NCBI GenBank assembly: GCA_000182565.2
Contig: KQ257454.1
DNA length: 64,000 bases
Strand: one strand, 5' to 3'
DNA from: Spizellomyces punctatus DAOM BR117
Taxonomy: Eukaryota
Shown here: in pieces, positions 39,221 to 51,929 of the stretch
How positions within the stretch are numbered: the stretch's first letter is position 1
Layout: every line of letters starts with the position of its first letter
Notes under the pieces: model-generated
Database searches by the model: none
Told to the model about the DNA's origin: nothing
The model's input: only the letters and a program-made list of their open reading frames with translations
Position numbers and translations under genes: made by a program

Positions 39221-40458
39221 CTACTCTCCAACAAAAACCCTCAGGACCTCAACAGCACTCTTGACGAACGAAAACCCTTCATCCTCATCCTCATCATCCT
39301 TGTCAGGTCGTTTCGGACCCTCGGGGGGCGGAAAGACGGGTAACGTAAAAATCCAATCACTCCGTCCACGGGCATGTTGTTCCAATAACCCAGCCCCATC
39401 ATCAAACCCAGAGTCACAGAGTTTGGTATAAGATGTGGATACGAGTTGAGGTGTGGGGGGTGCATCGTAGGGAGGGTCAAAGAGGGAGTCGGCCCAAAAG
39501 GATGTGACGGGGGAATCAGTGGAACAAGATTCGGGGTCATCCATAATGAATCGGTCTAGAGAGTCGATTAGGAGAGCGAGTTCAGAGACTGAGGGACGGG
39601 AAAGGGGGTTTGGATCAAATACACGGGCCAGAACCGTGTTAAATTCCATTGTGATGCCAAATTGTTCGATAAGGATATCGGGGTTGGAGCCTCGGTATGC
39701 AGCGTAAATGGGATCAGAAGCCGTAGCTTCATGCCAAGGATTCTTGCCAAACAACAAATTGACAAGAATAATCCCCAAACTCCACACATCGGTACAAAAA
39801 GGGTCGTACCCAACCGATCGGGTACAAGGCGAATCAATACATTCAGGCGCCATGTATCGTACACTCCCGCATCCCATTTCTTTAGACCACGGACAACATG
39901 TCGCGAGTCCAAAGTCGGCGAGTTTGACGGTATATGAGGAAGAAATGAGGGCGTTTTCGGGTTTGATGTCTCGGTGGGAGATGCCGAGGGTGTGGCAGTG
40001 AGCAAGGGCGGAACAGAGTTGAGAAAAGACTTGTTTGACAATCGAGGGAGGGAATCCAGAGGTTTGTGTAATGGCCTATTTACACCCAAAGTATTTAGTG
40101 ACAATGAAAAACATGAATTGAAAAAAAAAGAGTAAAAAAAACATACATCATAAAGATCCATCTCACACCACTCCAAAACCAAAAACAACCATCGAGAAGT
40201 CTCAACAACCCGTTCCAAACGGACAATGTTGGGATGTCCTTGAACACGTTGCGTTAATTTCACTTCCTTTTTCTGGTTCTCGAGTTGGTCCGGTGTTAAA
40301 CCGGTTTTATCGAGGGCTTTGACGGCGTAGGGGTGTGATGTTAGGAGGTCGGTTGCGGCGTAGACGGTTGCAAAGGAGCCGGAACCGATGATGGAGGTGA
40401 GGGTGAGGTGCGTTGTTGGGAGGGTTGTGTGAAGGAGGGATGTAGTAGAGGTAGGCAT
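39221..40458 (-). CDS. Ran1/Pat1/Sks1-like Ser/Thr kinase; 2 exons (40458-40147, 40075-39221)
   Basis: GSGSFATV, YAVK, HRDIKPEN, DFG, GCGSVRYMAPEC and DVWSLGIILVNLLFGKNPW. A GTATGT...TAG intron restores the frame. Confidence 0.92.
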
Positions 40459-43400
40459 GGTGTCGGATTCTTTTCTGTTCTAGAGTGAACGCGAGAAACG
40501 CTGTGCAAGCGATGCGTGGAAAAAGCAAGTGGTTTGCCCTGTGGTTGTTTCTTTTGTTCTAATGTACGTCCTCGTTTGCAAGGAAATAATAATAAAAAAA
40601 AACACTCTTCTTCTTGTGATGTGTCCGTGTTGGTCGCGCCTCCCGTAGTTGGAAAACGGGCCCGTAGATGATATCGGTCGAGTCAGAATCGATACGACAT
40701 GAACAAGACTTGAACCGTTAAAGACACAGTTGATGACAACACTGAAACCCCTTTCTCTTTTTTGTATTTGTTCTCGTTTTGAATTCGATATTTGATTTCG
40801 AGCAATTCTGTTCGTGTGGTATGCACGTCGTTTTTGTTTTCTTCTGTCGTTGGCGCGCGTAGAATATATAATGAGAGAGAGAGAATATCTACTATATCGC
40901 TGGCAACACAAAGGACCGATATCAGCGGAAAAGGTTTTGACACGAGCTCTTCTTTCTCGAATGTTCAACACACAAAAAAGGGCGTTGTGGGTATCGCTTT
41001 ATTCAACAAATCGTTGATGCAAGGGTAAACAAATCGGTTGTCGTGTGTGTTGGGAGGCGAATAAAACGACCTTTTGTAGCGCGTGTGATTTCCTTTGTAT
41101 TTCGTATTGGGGGGGAAACGGGTCGTATGCACAGTTATTTTTGCCTTGGTGGGAGGGATATTGGGAGGCGCCAAAAGGAAAACCTAGAGTGATATCGCTC
41201 TAAAGTTGTGGTTTGCGCGCAGGGGGAAGAGTTGACCGGAGGCGAAAAAAATCGGTGATGACGAACAAATGTTGAAAAAACGGGACCCTTTTTTGTCACA
41301 GGTCAAACGGCCCACAAAAGCCGAGGGCAAAATAAAAAAAAAAAAAAGCGGAGAGGCAAGCAAGAAATAAAACCAACAGAGAGGCCCAGCAAAAGTTCAA
41401 AAAGAAAACCAAAGATACGCGCGCGCCTCAACAACCAACGCGTTCGGGGGGGCAGATGATGTTTTCCTGCTAGTTCAAGCAATCGGGTGGACACCTTGCC
41501 CTTTTGTTGTTGTTGTTGTGTATGGCGTGTATGGCGGGGGGGAATGTTGCGTATTTCGAGGAGGGTGGGTTTAGACGCGATTTGCTTTGAAGGGTTGTTT
41601 GGGCGATATCGCTAAACTGTCACGCGTATCGCACAAATCGACAAGCCCTTTCTCTCACTATTTGAAGAGATACGGAAGAAGAGAGAGTACTTGTTTTTGA
41701 TAGGGGAGGGGAGAGGCGTTTTTTTGATTTCCGCTTCTTTTTGTTCGGGTTTTGCCAACAATCGGAGCCGCCGATGATGATAATGACAAAACTCCACAAA
41801 GGAAAAAAAAAGGAGAACGTGGGGGAAGGGTTGGAAAGGGTAGGTCAACAAAAGGAGGTTTTTCTCGCTCTTCTTTAAAGACAACAGCCGGGGGGCCCGT
41901 TCTTTTTAGCTGTAATGTCGGCGGTTTGAAGGCAGAGCTTAAAAAAAAAATACACTCGGCCAAAATCCACCAGGACATTCAACCTATTCTCGTAAAATGT
42001 CAAAGCCGCAATAAAAAGGGGGGTATGGCAAAGTAGAAAGCCGCAAAGCGTTCTTTTTCGTTGTCGTTGTAGATGCGTGCGGCTTTTTCGTTTTTGGGTT
42101 CAATGAGTGGATCCCCCTTGGCAGAGAGAGCTGTTCTTTCCCCTTTGAACCTTGTTTTTGTACACTCTCGAAAGCCCTCCCAGTCTTTGGCGCAACGCCC
42201 CAATTTTCAAAGCCCTTCAACACACCAACGGGAAATCTGCTCTACTGCAACCGCACACACAACGATGGCCCAAAACTGCCAAAAAAACACCCAACAGCGT
42301 TTTTTGAAAAGGTTTTTTTTTTTTCTTGTTCCGCCTTTTTCTCCCCCGCTTCTGTATCTCTCGCGCTCTCTCTCTGACTCTCACTTTGGCGCGCTAAACT
42401 GGACGTGTGCACACTACACATAACACACATACACAAGATAAATCCCCTTCAACTTTTTTTGTAAGATTTGGGTTGGTTGGGCAGCACGGACTCAGACTTG
42501 TCACCACGGCAAAGTTTCATCTTGTCATAATCCACTTTTGCTTGTATAATCCCCCTCCGCTCCAAGAAGATATTCTGGGGTACCAACAGGGTTGTTCTGG
42601 TCCAATGTGACCTTGTCTACCCCGATTATGTTGTACAGCACACCCACTCCCATCTCACGTTGTTGGGGTTGGATGATACACATTTATATCCATATGCACA
42701 CAAGCGGAACTCTAATGGCACATGAACGCTAATCGTTTTACTCCAAGTGGGGAGTGTAAAATATCGCACTTTCTCAAACGTGTCGCGTACGTACATTTGA
42801 TAAGCAATATGACATATTATGTATCATATAAAGCCCATTTTGGGTGAAACGGATCAAAAGGTTGGAAACATTCTTGGCGTTAAATCCTCATGGAAGGAAG
42901 GTTCATGTGAGGTCATTTTGATAGTCACCTGAGCTGTTGTATGTCCAGATTATTCAAGAATGGTTTGTTCCCAAGAATGTTTCGATTGGAAAAAGACCTT
43001 GTATCCACGTACATTTGGCACCCTGTTGTGTTCGTGATGCAGTGCGATAAAGATTAAGTGTCATCACACAGTTGCTATCTCTTTGTTGCAATATGTCCAT
43101 CATCTCCAGTGGCTGGCATATCACGCGGGAATGGGGATTTATCAGATGGAATATGTTGCTTATCCAACGCAACACACACACATTTTGTAACCATGCATCG
43201 ATAACAAGAGCATGTCGCCATTGAACCGCGCAATCTTTTTGTGTGTGGTGTGTGCTGTGCCCATGAAAGGCTGCCCCGTGAAGGACTGGTTAAATCAAAG
43301 CCCCCAACAAAAACTCAACCAAGCAAGGGTACAAGTTGAACCCCTAAATAAACGCCACCTTTAAACAAAAACAACACACACACAACACACACACACAAAG

Positions 43401-44409
43401 ATGGGGGGAACCTTGCACACACACGCCCACAATGTAGGAAACACACAAGATCCCGAGTCAAACAGACAAGCCGACAAAGTGGCAGATCCCCGACCACACA
43501 CAATCTGGATTTATTAGTCAGCCAATTGGGGGGACTTGGCAAACACAAGCCCCCAATCGCCCCAATCATTCCGATAACCAGGCTTGAACGATAGGGATTG
43601 GGATAGTGGCTTGTCATTCAACTCTCTTTCATTGGGGGGAGAGTTGCGCCATAACTCTTGAAAGCACACACACATGCACACACACAAAAAGGCGTTTTTT
43701 TCTTCTCCAAAGGGAGTTGTGCAATTTTCAGCGGGCGGGTGGAAATCAGGGGAGGAGGGGGGGCTCAGCAAAACGGTCTTTTGTTTACGGCGGGGCTTAC
43801 CTAAAAAAGGGCTTGTTCATCACATTTAGGGACGAACGGAAAACGGAACCAATCCACACACAAAGAAGAGAAAGAGGGCTTGTCTGTGTATATGTGTGTC
43901 ATCATCCAGTCGGAGGCGCCCTCTGATGATGATGATGATGATGATAGCAGAAAGAAAAGCACGCCATAAACTACAGTCCCACTTGTCCACCATCACCAAC
44001 AGACAACCAAACACACATTCTGGAAAGTTTTGAAAAAAACATCTTGAAACAAGCAACGCCCATTTTAATCGCCACCTGACTTGCCAGCACGCGTGTGTTT
44101 GGCTATTTGGGGTATTCTAGTGACTGTGTGCTTGTCATTTATGACAAGGGCGGAACACTCTGTTAGCAACATTTTTAAAGACGCATTAGCACGCATTAGC
44201 ACTCGCACGCACTCGTATAGTGCAACACGTCGAGAGAGAGAGAAGGTTCAAATATATTATATAAAAAGCAAAACGAGAAAAGACAAAGAAGCGAGTAAGA
44301 ATAAAAAGGTATGTGACTATTTAGTAACGAGTCATGTGAAATGGCGAGAGAGAGACGAATAAGGACAAGAACACGCATCAGTCAAAATTGATATACAACC
44401 TGATAAGGG

Positions 44410-44925
44410 AAGAAGAGAGAGAGAGAGAGATGAGTGAGTGAGTGACCAGATGACCTCTCCGTGTTTAAAAATTCTCTCTCTCTTCTTGTTCCGTTTCTCT
44501 CTCTCTATCTGACTGTTGATTTGTTATTCCCTCTCTCTCTCTCTCTCTCTCTCTCTTATATTGACCTCTTTTTTTATCTCTCTCTCCTCTCTCTTGTTTA
44601 TTACACACACTCCCACGTATTGTTCCCTACTCTCTCTCTTACTTTGTGTGTGTGTGTGTGTGTGGGAATATATTGTAAGTTCTTCTTGTTTCTCTTTCTC
44701 TCTTTTATACTCTCTATTCACTCGTTCTTGTCTCTCTCTTCTCTCTCTCTATAGGAAAACTTGTTATTCTCTTCTCATAGTCTTTTATTCTCTCTCGCTG
44801 CCAAGTCATTTTATTCCTTACTCTCCATTCTACTCTCCTCCTCTTCCTACTACTCTCCTCTTCCTACTACTCTCCTCTTCCTACTACTTACACAAGAGAG
44901 AGAGAGCGTGTGTGTGTGTGTTTAG
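44410..44925. repeat. Microsatellite-rich tract: (GA)n, (CT)n, (GT)n, (CTA/CTC)n
   Basis: Directly visible simple repeats. Confidence 0.95.
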
Positions 44926-45747
44926 TGGTTCTGTACTCGCACACACTATAGAGTTTTTTCTCCCTTTTTTCGTGTCTTTCGATAACTGGACACTATCGAA
45001 AAAAAAGGGGGGGAATCGGGCGCGAGCTACACACAAACGCAGCCTTGTCTGCTGCATTGACCATCGCTCCACCACCAATACCCACTCGTAGAAAACTATC
45101 TATTATCCTTTTTACACATTGGTGTGAGCAGCTGACAAAAGAAAGCGAGTATTGGACGAGGTGAGAAAATGTGAAGCGCGTTTCAGCAAACGCGCAGATA
45201 ACTCACATCTTTTTTCCATTGCTTTCTATGCAGAATTTTAAACTCGGCCCTCCTCGTTTGTATATAAGAGATTTACATTCCTGTAGACCTTTTCTTTTTT
45301 TTTTTACATACCCCCTCCCCCACCACCACTACTACTACAACTACACAAGACCCACTCGGGCTAGAACTTTCAATATGTCTCGTCACTTGTAATGTCAGCC
45401 CTTCCTTTCGGGAGAGCACTCGTACCATCATCAAGAAATGTAATCGAGCGTCAAAAGATTCATTCTTTTGGTGTCTGGTATGTACATATTCTTGATATTT
45501 ACTAAAGGTTCGAATATGGTATATCTCATTCCCGTTTTCTTTTTTCTAGTGGGTTCTACCCATCTCACTCCTTTTGCAAACGATCCACCACACGATTGAG
45601 ACCCCTTGTAGCATTATTTCAACACAACAACGCACAATAACCCATCTCGTTCGCGAAAACGAACCTATCGGCATTTTTACACAAAAGATATCCTCTCTGC
45701 TCCTCGACACATTTTGTTTGGTTTTTTTTTAAAGGATACCATAAACC

Positions 45748-46953
45748 ATGAGCGACAACGACGACTTTAACCCGCACGATAAAATCGGTCAGCTCCTAGA
45801 CGACGGCCGTCTCCGGCTCGTTTCCGTCCTCGGCATGGGCTCCTTTGCCGTCGTCTACCTCGCAGAATCCACCACGAACCCCTCGGACCAATTCGCCGTC
45901 AAATGCCTCTTTAAATCCAACCTCACGCCCACTCAACTCGCCCTCCAGCACAATGAAGCAACCGTCATGTCCCTCCTCTCTGGCCACGATCACATTGTCA
46001 AACTCTTTAAAACAATCGACACGGACGACTGCTTGTACCTTGTCCTCGAATACTGCGATACAGACCTGTTTGACTTGATTGAGAAGCGCAATGGACTTGA
46101 TCCCACTTTGGCTCGCACCCTTTTTCACCAGCTCCTCGACGCATCAGAGTACTGCCATTCCAAAGGCATTTACCATCGCGACTTGAAACCCGAAAACGTG
46201 CTCGTTACGTTTACGGGTGATGACACTATTTCACTGAAACTCACCGACTTTGGACTCGCAACCACTCAAGAATGGTCTACGGAATTTGGATGCGGTAGTG
46301 TCCGGTACATGGCCCCCGAATGCCTCGATGCCTCTGGACCCGGCTACTCGACTCCCGCCAACGACGTTTGGGGCCTCGGCATCATGCTCATCAACCTCCT
46401 CACTGGCCAAAACCCGTGGATCGAACCGACCGCAACGGACCCACTGTTTGAGACAATGCTAAACAGCGGATTCGACCCCGTCCGTCGCCAATTTGGCTTC
46501 TCGGAATCATTGGGATGGATCTTGGAGCGCATGTTTTGTTTGGACCCTTTTGAACGTGCGTCGTTGGCTCAAGTCCGGGAATGGATGCAAGGAATCGAGT
46601 TTTTCGAGTCTGTTCAAGAAGAGTCTACATCTTGGTCTATGGATATGGAAGAAATGGATTTCGAAACCGTACCCGTATTTGACGAACCCAAATCTCGGCC
46701 ATCCGATTCCGCCATTGCGCTTTCTTCCTCGCCGAATCAAGAGACTCACGCTACTATTCCTCCCGTGCACGCTGAATCGATCCCGACTGTCCCGCCCTCG
46801 ACGCCGGTCCTTCGTAAAGACCTCGTGAGCGCCTCTAAACAGGCTCAGGATTTGTTGCGTGGGGCTGTCACGTCGCTTCAGTGTTGGTGGATCGCGGTTT
46901 CGGACGTGTGTCCGAGGGTGGATGGGGTGTTGGTTTGTGTTGTTGGGACCTGA
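45748..46953 (+). CDS. Ran1/Pat1/Sks1-like Ser/Thr kinase, paralog of 39221-40458
   Basis: GMGSFAVV, FAVKCL, YHRDLKPEN, DFG, GCGSVRYMAPEC and DVWGLGIMLINLLTGQNPW. Confidence 0.93.
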   Translation: MSDNDDFNPHDKIGQLLDDGRLRLVSVLGMGSFAVVYLAESTTNPSDQFAVKCLFKSNLTPTQLALQHNEATVMSLLSGHDHIVKLFKTIDTDDCLYLVLEYCDTDLFDLIEKRNGLDPTLARTLFHQLLDASEYCHSKGIYHRDLKPENVLVTFTGDDTISLKLTDFGLATTQEWSTEFGCGSVRYMAPECLDASGPGYSTPANDVWGLGIMLINLLTGQNPWIEPTATDPLFETMLNSGFDPVRRQFGFSESLGWILERMFCLDPFERASLAQVREWMQGIEFFESVQEESTSWSMDMEEMDFETVPVFDEPKSRPSDSAIALSSSPNQETHATIPPVHAESIPTVPPSTPVLRKDLVSASKQAQDLLRGAVTSLQCWWIAVSDVCPRVDGVLVCVVGT

Positions 46954-47877
46954 AAATATATTTGAGTGGGTTTGGGACGGTGGTTTGGGGGTGTTTTGTT
47001 TTTTTTTGTGTGGGTTCGGGGTGTGACTTTAAGGGTTTGGTGAGTGAGAGAGAGACTTTTTCTGATGCATTTTTTTTATACTGGTGGGTGTATTTCTTTT
47101 TTTTTTTTGCTTTTTGTTTTGGCGAGGCTTTTTTTTTTTGCTGGTGTTGTCGTTGTTGTTGTTGTTGTTGTCGTTGTGTGTGTGTGTGATGGTGTGATTA
47201 TGATTTTTCTTTTTCCGATAAAACAAAAAAATATATAAAAAAAAGACGTTGAAGGAATGTGTTGTTTTTGCTTGTGTGTTTTTGCGTAAATGCCTTTTGT
47301 ATATCTTTTAAATAAACATATCTTGCAATTCAATATATACCTTGCTATCTCGTTTTTCAAATGCAATTGTTCCACTCTCATATATAGTCGTGAAATAAAC
47401 TTTTTTAGTACAACTCTATATCGAAATTGCTTTCTCAGTTTTGAAATGCAAACAATGTGTTAAACGCTTGGTTAACGGCTCATGCAATGATAAACTAACA
47501 CACTTTTTTTTTTTTTGGTACAACAATTTTCAGAAAATGCTTCCATCCAAAAAAGACATGTAATGCATAACTAACCAAACAAAAAGCAATCCAGAGCTGC
47601 TAACCACCCTATCGTCAAAAAAATGCATTTCGTAGATTCGTAGATTCGAATAAGTGGGTATCTACGAAAAGCTTCAAAAAGGATTATCATTTGTTTTTCA
47701 AATACACATATTTACGTTTTTTCCATACCCTTACAAAAAACATACATGATATGAAAAATACCTAGCTTTAAAAAAAAGCAAAAACAAAATAACTAGATCA
47801 AGTTTCGGAGGGGGAAAACAATGCGTATACACCACATTTTACATCTCTAGTTTCTTCATTTATCCAAACGTGTTCTT

Positions 47878-48410
47878 TTATGGAAAATACGTTGGATGTA
47901 CAGTCCCCCATACAAAAATTCTACAAAAACATGAACGTAAATTGACATTACGTCAAGAACAGATCATTGTGCAATACAGCGAATAATTGTCGCTCATAGT
48001 AAATATGCAATTAAACAATGAACCTGTAATGCTTATGTACCAAGGTTTATCAAATGAAAAACAATCGTTCTCTTGCTACATTAAGAACACATCGTTGTGC
48101 AATATCTTTATAATTGTCGGTCATAGTAAATATGCAATTAAACAATGAACCTGTAATGCATACGTATCAACGTTCACCATATAATGAAAAACAATACAGC
48201 CGTAGAGAAACGGCAACAGGGTCTAGTATCGTAGCTGATCTTTTCCTTTATCGAAACATGTTCTTACATGGAAAATAGAATTGGATTTACAGTTCCCCAT
48301 ACAAAAATTCTACAAAGACATGACCGTAAAGTGGATTGCTGGTCTAGTAAATATGCAATTACACGGTAACCTGTAATGCTTGACGTAGCAAGATTTATCA
48401 TAACTAGTAT
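47878..48410. repeat. Patchwork of local direct repeats on the 3' side of the second tRNA
   Basis: A ~110-bp unit AGAACA...GTCATAGTAAATATGCAATTAAACAATGAACCTGTAATGC...AATGAAAAACAAT occurs at about 47956 and 48084. ATGGAAAATA...CATACAAAAATTCTACAAA occurs at about 47880 and 48268. Confidence 0.85.
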
Positions 48411-48520
48411 CGTAGCTAAAAGACAGCATGAGTTTACGATAACCAGGTAGGTATGAAATAACACGACATTCAAAAATGCAAACAAGATTGGAAAAAAAAG
48501 GAACACAAAGACTGATTTAG

Positions 48521-48602
48521 CGTCGGCTACAGGATTCGAACCTGTGCTCCCAGAAGGAAATGGCTTAGCAGGCCACCGCGTTAACCACTCCGCCAAACCG
48601 AC
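48521..48602 (-). tRNA. tRNA-Ser(GCT), identical to 287-368
   Basis: Exact reverse complement of 287-368, with a T-run terminator at 48492-48499 on the minus strand. Confidence 0.95.
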
Positions 48603-48664
48603 TTTACTTTCCAAGGGAGTGATTGCTGCGCAATGTGCTTGGAGGACGAATCGATTGAACTGCA

Positions 48665-49905
48665 GTGTAGATTGCCTTGTAGAAACACCTATTACCCATA
48701 CACACATAGATGCCTTGCAGATATATACAGTAGATTGCCTTGCCAACACCTATTACCCATCCACACAAGAGTGAAAATACATAGATTTGACTTGCAGATA
48801 CTTTCCAACACCTATTACCCCTTTCTAATACCATTTGCCCATTCATACAAGAACAGAACTACAGGATTGTTGTCTTTGCAGATTACAGGGGCAGACACTT
48901 TTTGAACATTGAACACTCAAACCTTGTAAAAATTTCCATGCGGCAACCCCTCTACACCAAGCAATGGCCAACCTCACCGTTTCCCTAGCCAGTTTCACAA
49001 TGGGCAGGGCAAGCCAAATGCACGGTTAAACGAATGGCATTTTCTTGCGACTTTTGAAGCTAGACATATTGTTGCAAGCGAATCATTATGATACAAGACG
49101 ATCCCAACCTATTCAACGATAATGTTGTTGATTGTTAAGCCGACAAAGTCAAGTAGCTAAGATACTATATGGTATATGATTCAAAACTGATGATACGTGT
49201 TTTATATCTTGAATATGCTATACTGTGTCAAACTCATCCAAAAGTTAAATTTGTATCGTGTGTCCATTCATCCTGGATTTACAAAGGTTAGGGTTAGACC
49301 AAAGAGTATTTTTCCGTACGATTTCACCAGTAATTGTGCAAAATGACACGAATCGTTATCAAGAAACAAGGAAGGAAACGCTTTCTCCAGCTAAATCCAG
49401 AAAGGTTTAAACTCTTTTGATCTGTCACACTGTTGTCCGAAAGAAAATGGCAAACACATTGGCGACAGTGCTCAACAATTGGCGTTTCTTTTGATGTATC
49501 TCGTCTAATCCTACTGGCTTGTTTTGAAGACCGATCCGTGTATTGTTCATAGATTGACTTGCAGATACTTTCTAACGTCTGTTACCCATTCATACAAGAA
49601 TGAACAAAACGGCAGGAATTCAATGACTGGAGGTTTCATCGTGGCCAAACGAACAATGCCGAAAATGTTGCATTCGCGATGCTGGCGAGCGGATTAGCCT
49701 TTCGTAGCGGAACATCGATGCACATGCTTTTATTGTTTACGACGTTATCCAAGACCTATTGCCCATCTGTACAAGTTAACCCGGCCAAGTCAAGTAGCTA
49801 AGATACTATACGGTATATGATTCTGATACGTGTTTTATACCTAGCCCTTGCTATGCTGTGTCAAACTCATCCAAAAGGTAATTTTGTATACTGTGTCCAT
49901 TCATC
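48665..49905. repeat. Short tandem and dispersed repeats on the 5' side of the second tRNA
   Basis: TAGATTGCCTTG...AACACCTATTACCC units occur at about 48667, 48730 and 48782, with a copy at about 49548. AAGTCAAGTAGCTAAGATACTATA...TGTCCATTCATC occurs at about 49146 and 49786. Confidence 0.8.
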
Positions 49906-50384
49906 GTTTTGAGATCAAAGGTAGCGTTGCACGTCTATTCGTGATCTTGCAGTCCTCAGCACAAGGTGTTTGAAACAGCCTAAAAGAGAGGGGACTTTTG
50001 TTATTGCTGGCCACCCACAGAGCAGAGAAGAATATATCCCCCTCTACCGATTGAATGTATGCAAGTGGGACCATGTATTGCGGTAAAAGCGGTCAAAAAG
50101 TCATTTTTTAATATTGAAACATAGCCACATGGTCTAAATAGGAAAGTAGTTCACGTAATCCACTTGTCTTTGGTACCAAGAGGCTCTTTTTGTGGTGTGA
50201 CAGAGTTTCTTATTTTTTTTAGTTCTTTTTGCATTTGGAGTTGGACAAGAAAGTTGAATATGGGACAGGCTGCCACAGGCACCGACTGTGTGGGAAAAAG
50301 ACAAGGGGAGATAGATTGCAGGAAATGCTGTTTACATGATTTTATAGAATTTCATAGAATTTCAACCATTTCACCTACTTTGAC

Positions 50385-51670
50385 ATGGACCCACGATGGG
50401 ACTACGAGCAACGATATGCACAACAACAACCACCACCACCATCACCACAATATCCATATCGCCCATTTCCACCACCACAAGGACCTGCGTATGGCCCAGG
50501 ACCTCCATCACCTTCACTCCCACCACCCCCTTACGCCAGAATCTTTTCACCCATGGGATCACCAATGGGAACTCCAATGCCTGTAGCGTACCCGCGCACC
50601 AAAGCACCTACACCGGTTGAGAAAAACGTGTTATTCCCACAGGGGAGTAAAGTGCCTACTGCATACGGTATCAAACGGGGTGAAATGCAACAGGAGACAT
50701 ACAAGGATGTGAATTGCTGTCGTCAAAACTGTTGTTGTTGCATCCCGCGGAGTCGGCGGGGTAAAAAGGGGTGTGCGGCTATTGTGGTTTTGTTGTTGGT
50801 TGGGTTGGGTCTTTTGGGATATTTCTTTTTTCCTAGGTAAAGGATGATAACTGCTCTCGAGTATTGTTTTGTTGAGCGTTTTTTGGGTTTTCTCATGTCG
50901 TTTTTTTACTTGATAGGATACCGGATATAAAGTTTGAGAACCTGGCGCTCGCAAATCTCCCCCCAAACGAATTAATGCAATTTAAGCTCCCGGATGCGAC
51001 GAATAGTACCTTTTCAGCGTCCTTGATGCTCACAATGACAATATCGTTAAAGAGTGAGAATTATTATGCGATTTATTTGAAGCAGTTGGATGTTACGGTA
51101 AGGTGTTTTGTTGAGTGGTCATGTATTGACACTATTGTTCTTTTGCGACTCTAACAATCTCTTGTTATAAAGGCCTTTGTTGATACCTCGTTACCGACCT
51201 CTTCCGTCAAACCCACCCGCCAACCCATCGGCAAGGGCACTCGCACCAATGTCCGATTTCCATCCCGCTCCACCACCCAATTTACGCTCAACTTTACTTT
51301 AACCTACACTTCTCCCACGGGCATCGCAGGCATCATCGCCGATCCAGCCTTTAACCAACTCCTCGCATCCTGTAATATAGAAAACTTTACAAACAGCCCA
51401 GCAGGCAAACCCGTTAAAATCGACTACACCGCCGCCGTATCCGTCGTCCCGCTCTCAACATTTAATCTACGACCGAAATTAGAAGGGAGTTTTGATTTCG
51501 GGTGCCCGTTCTCTGGACCGCTGCTTGAACGGATTCAAGCGGTTTTGGCTGGTGTCAAGAGTGGGCAAGTTCCTATAGGGGATTTAACCAAGGCGTTGTT
51601 GACTGCCTTGCAGGATCAGCCTTTGGGTGCGCTTGCTGGGCAAGCCTTGGGTAGAAAGAAGCAATCCTAG
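50385..51670 (+). CDS. Single-pass membrane protein with LEA_2/TMEM106 (Tag1/Vac7)-like luminal domain; 3 exons
   Basis: Pro-rich N-terminus, Cys cluster CCRQNCCCC, a TM helix ending FFFPR|IPDIKF, then a beta-rich domain with SENYYAI, IGKG and two Cys (LLASC, FGCP). Stop at 51668-51670. Confidence 0.75.
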
Positions 51671-51929
51671 ATGGATCCCGACAATTTATAAAATCTTGTA
51701 ATTTTTTTTTCGCATGTATGTATTTATATTTCTCTGTTGATAGACTCGCGTTTTCTGTATACACTTTAGATTTATACATTCAAACCTATGTCATGAAAAT
51801 AAATAAACGGATCACATGACCGAGGTCGGAGTTTTAAAAAAAGGCAACCCTTTCGTGAATGTATATTTTCCTACCTGTGTGTATTAAAACGAGCTTGTGA
51901 TCTCAATAACACACACAAAAAAATAAACC

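Noticed and set aside
40480-45392. Many 60-190-aa ORFs in the kinase spacer
   Set aside because: They translate microsatellites and homopolymers, with no domain or splice structure.
49287-49297. CTAACCCTAAC on the minus strand, identical to a TTAGGG telomerase RNA template
   Set aside because: It lies at the edge of a local duplication whose second copy (about 49916-49930) is degenerate here, and I could see no pseudoknot or CR4/5-like context.
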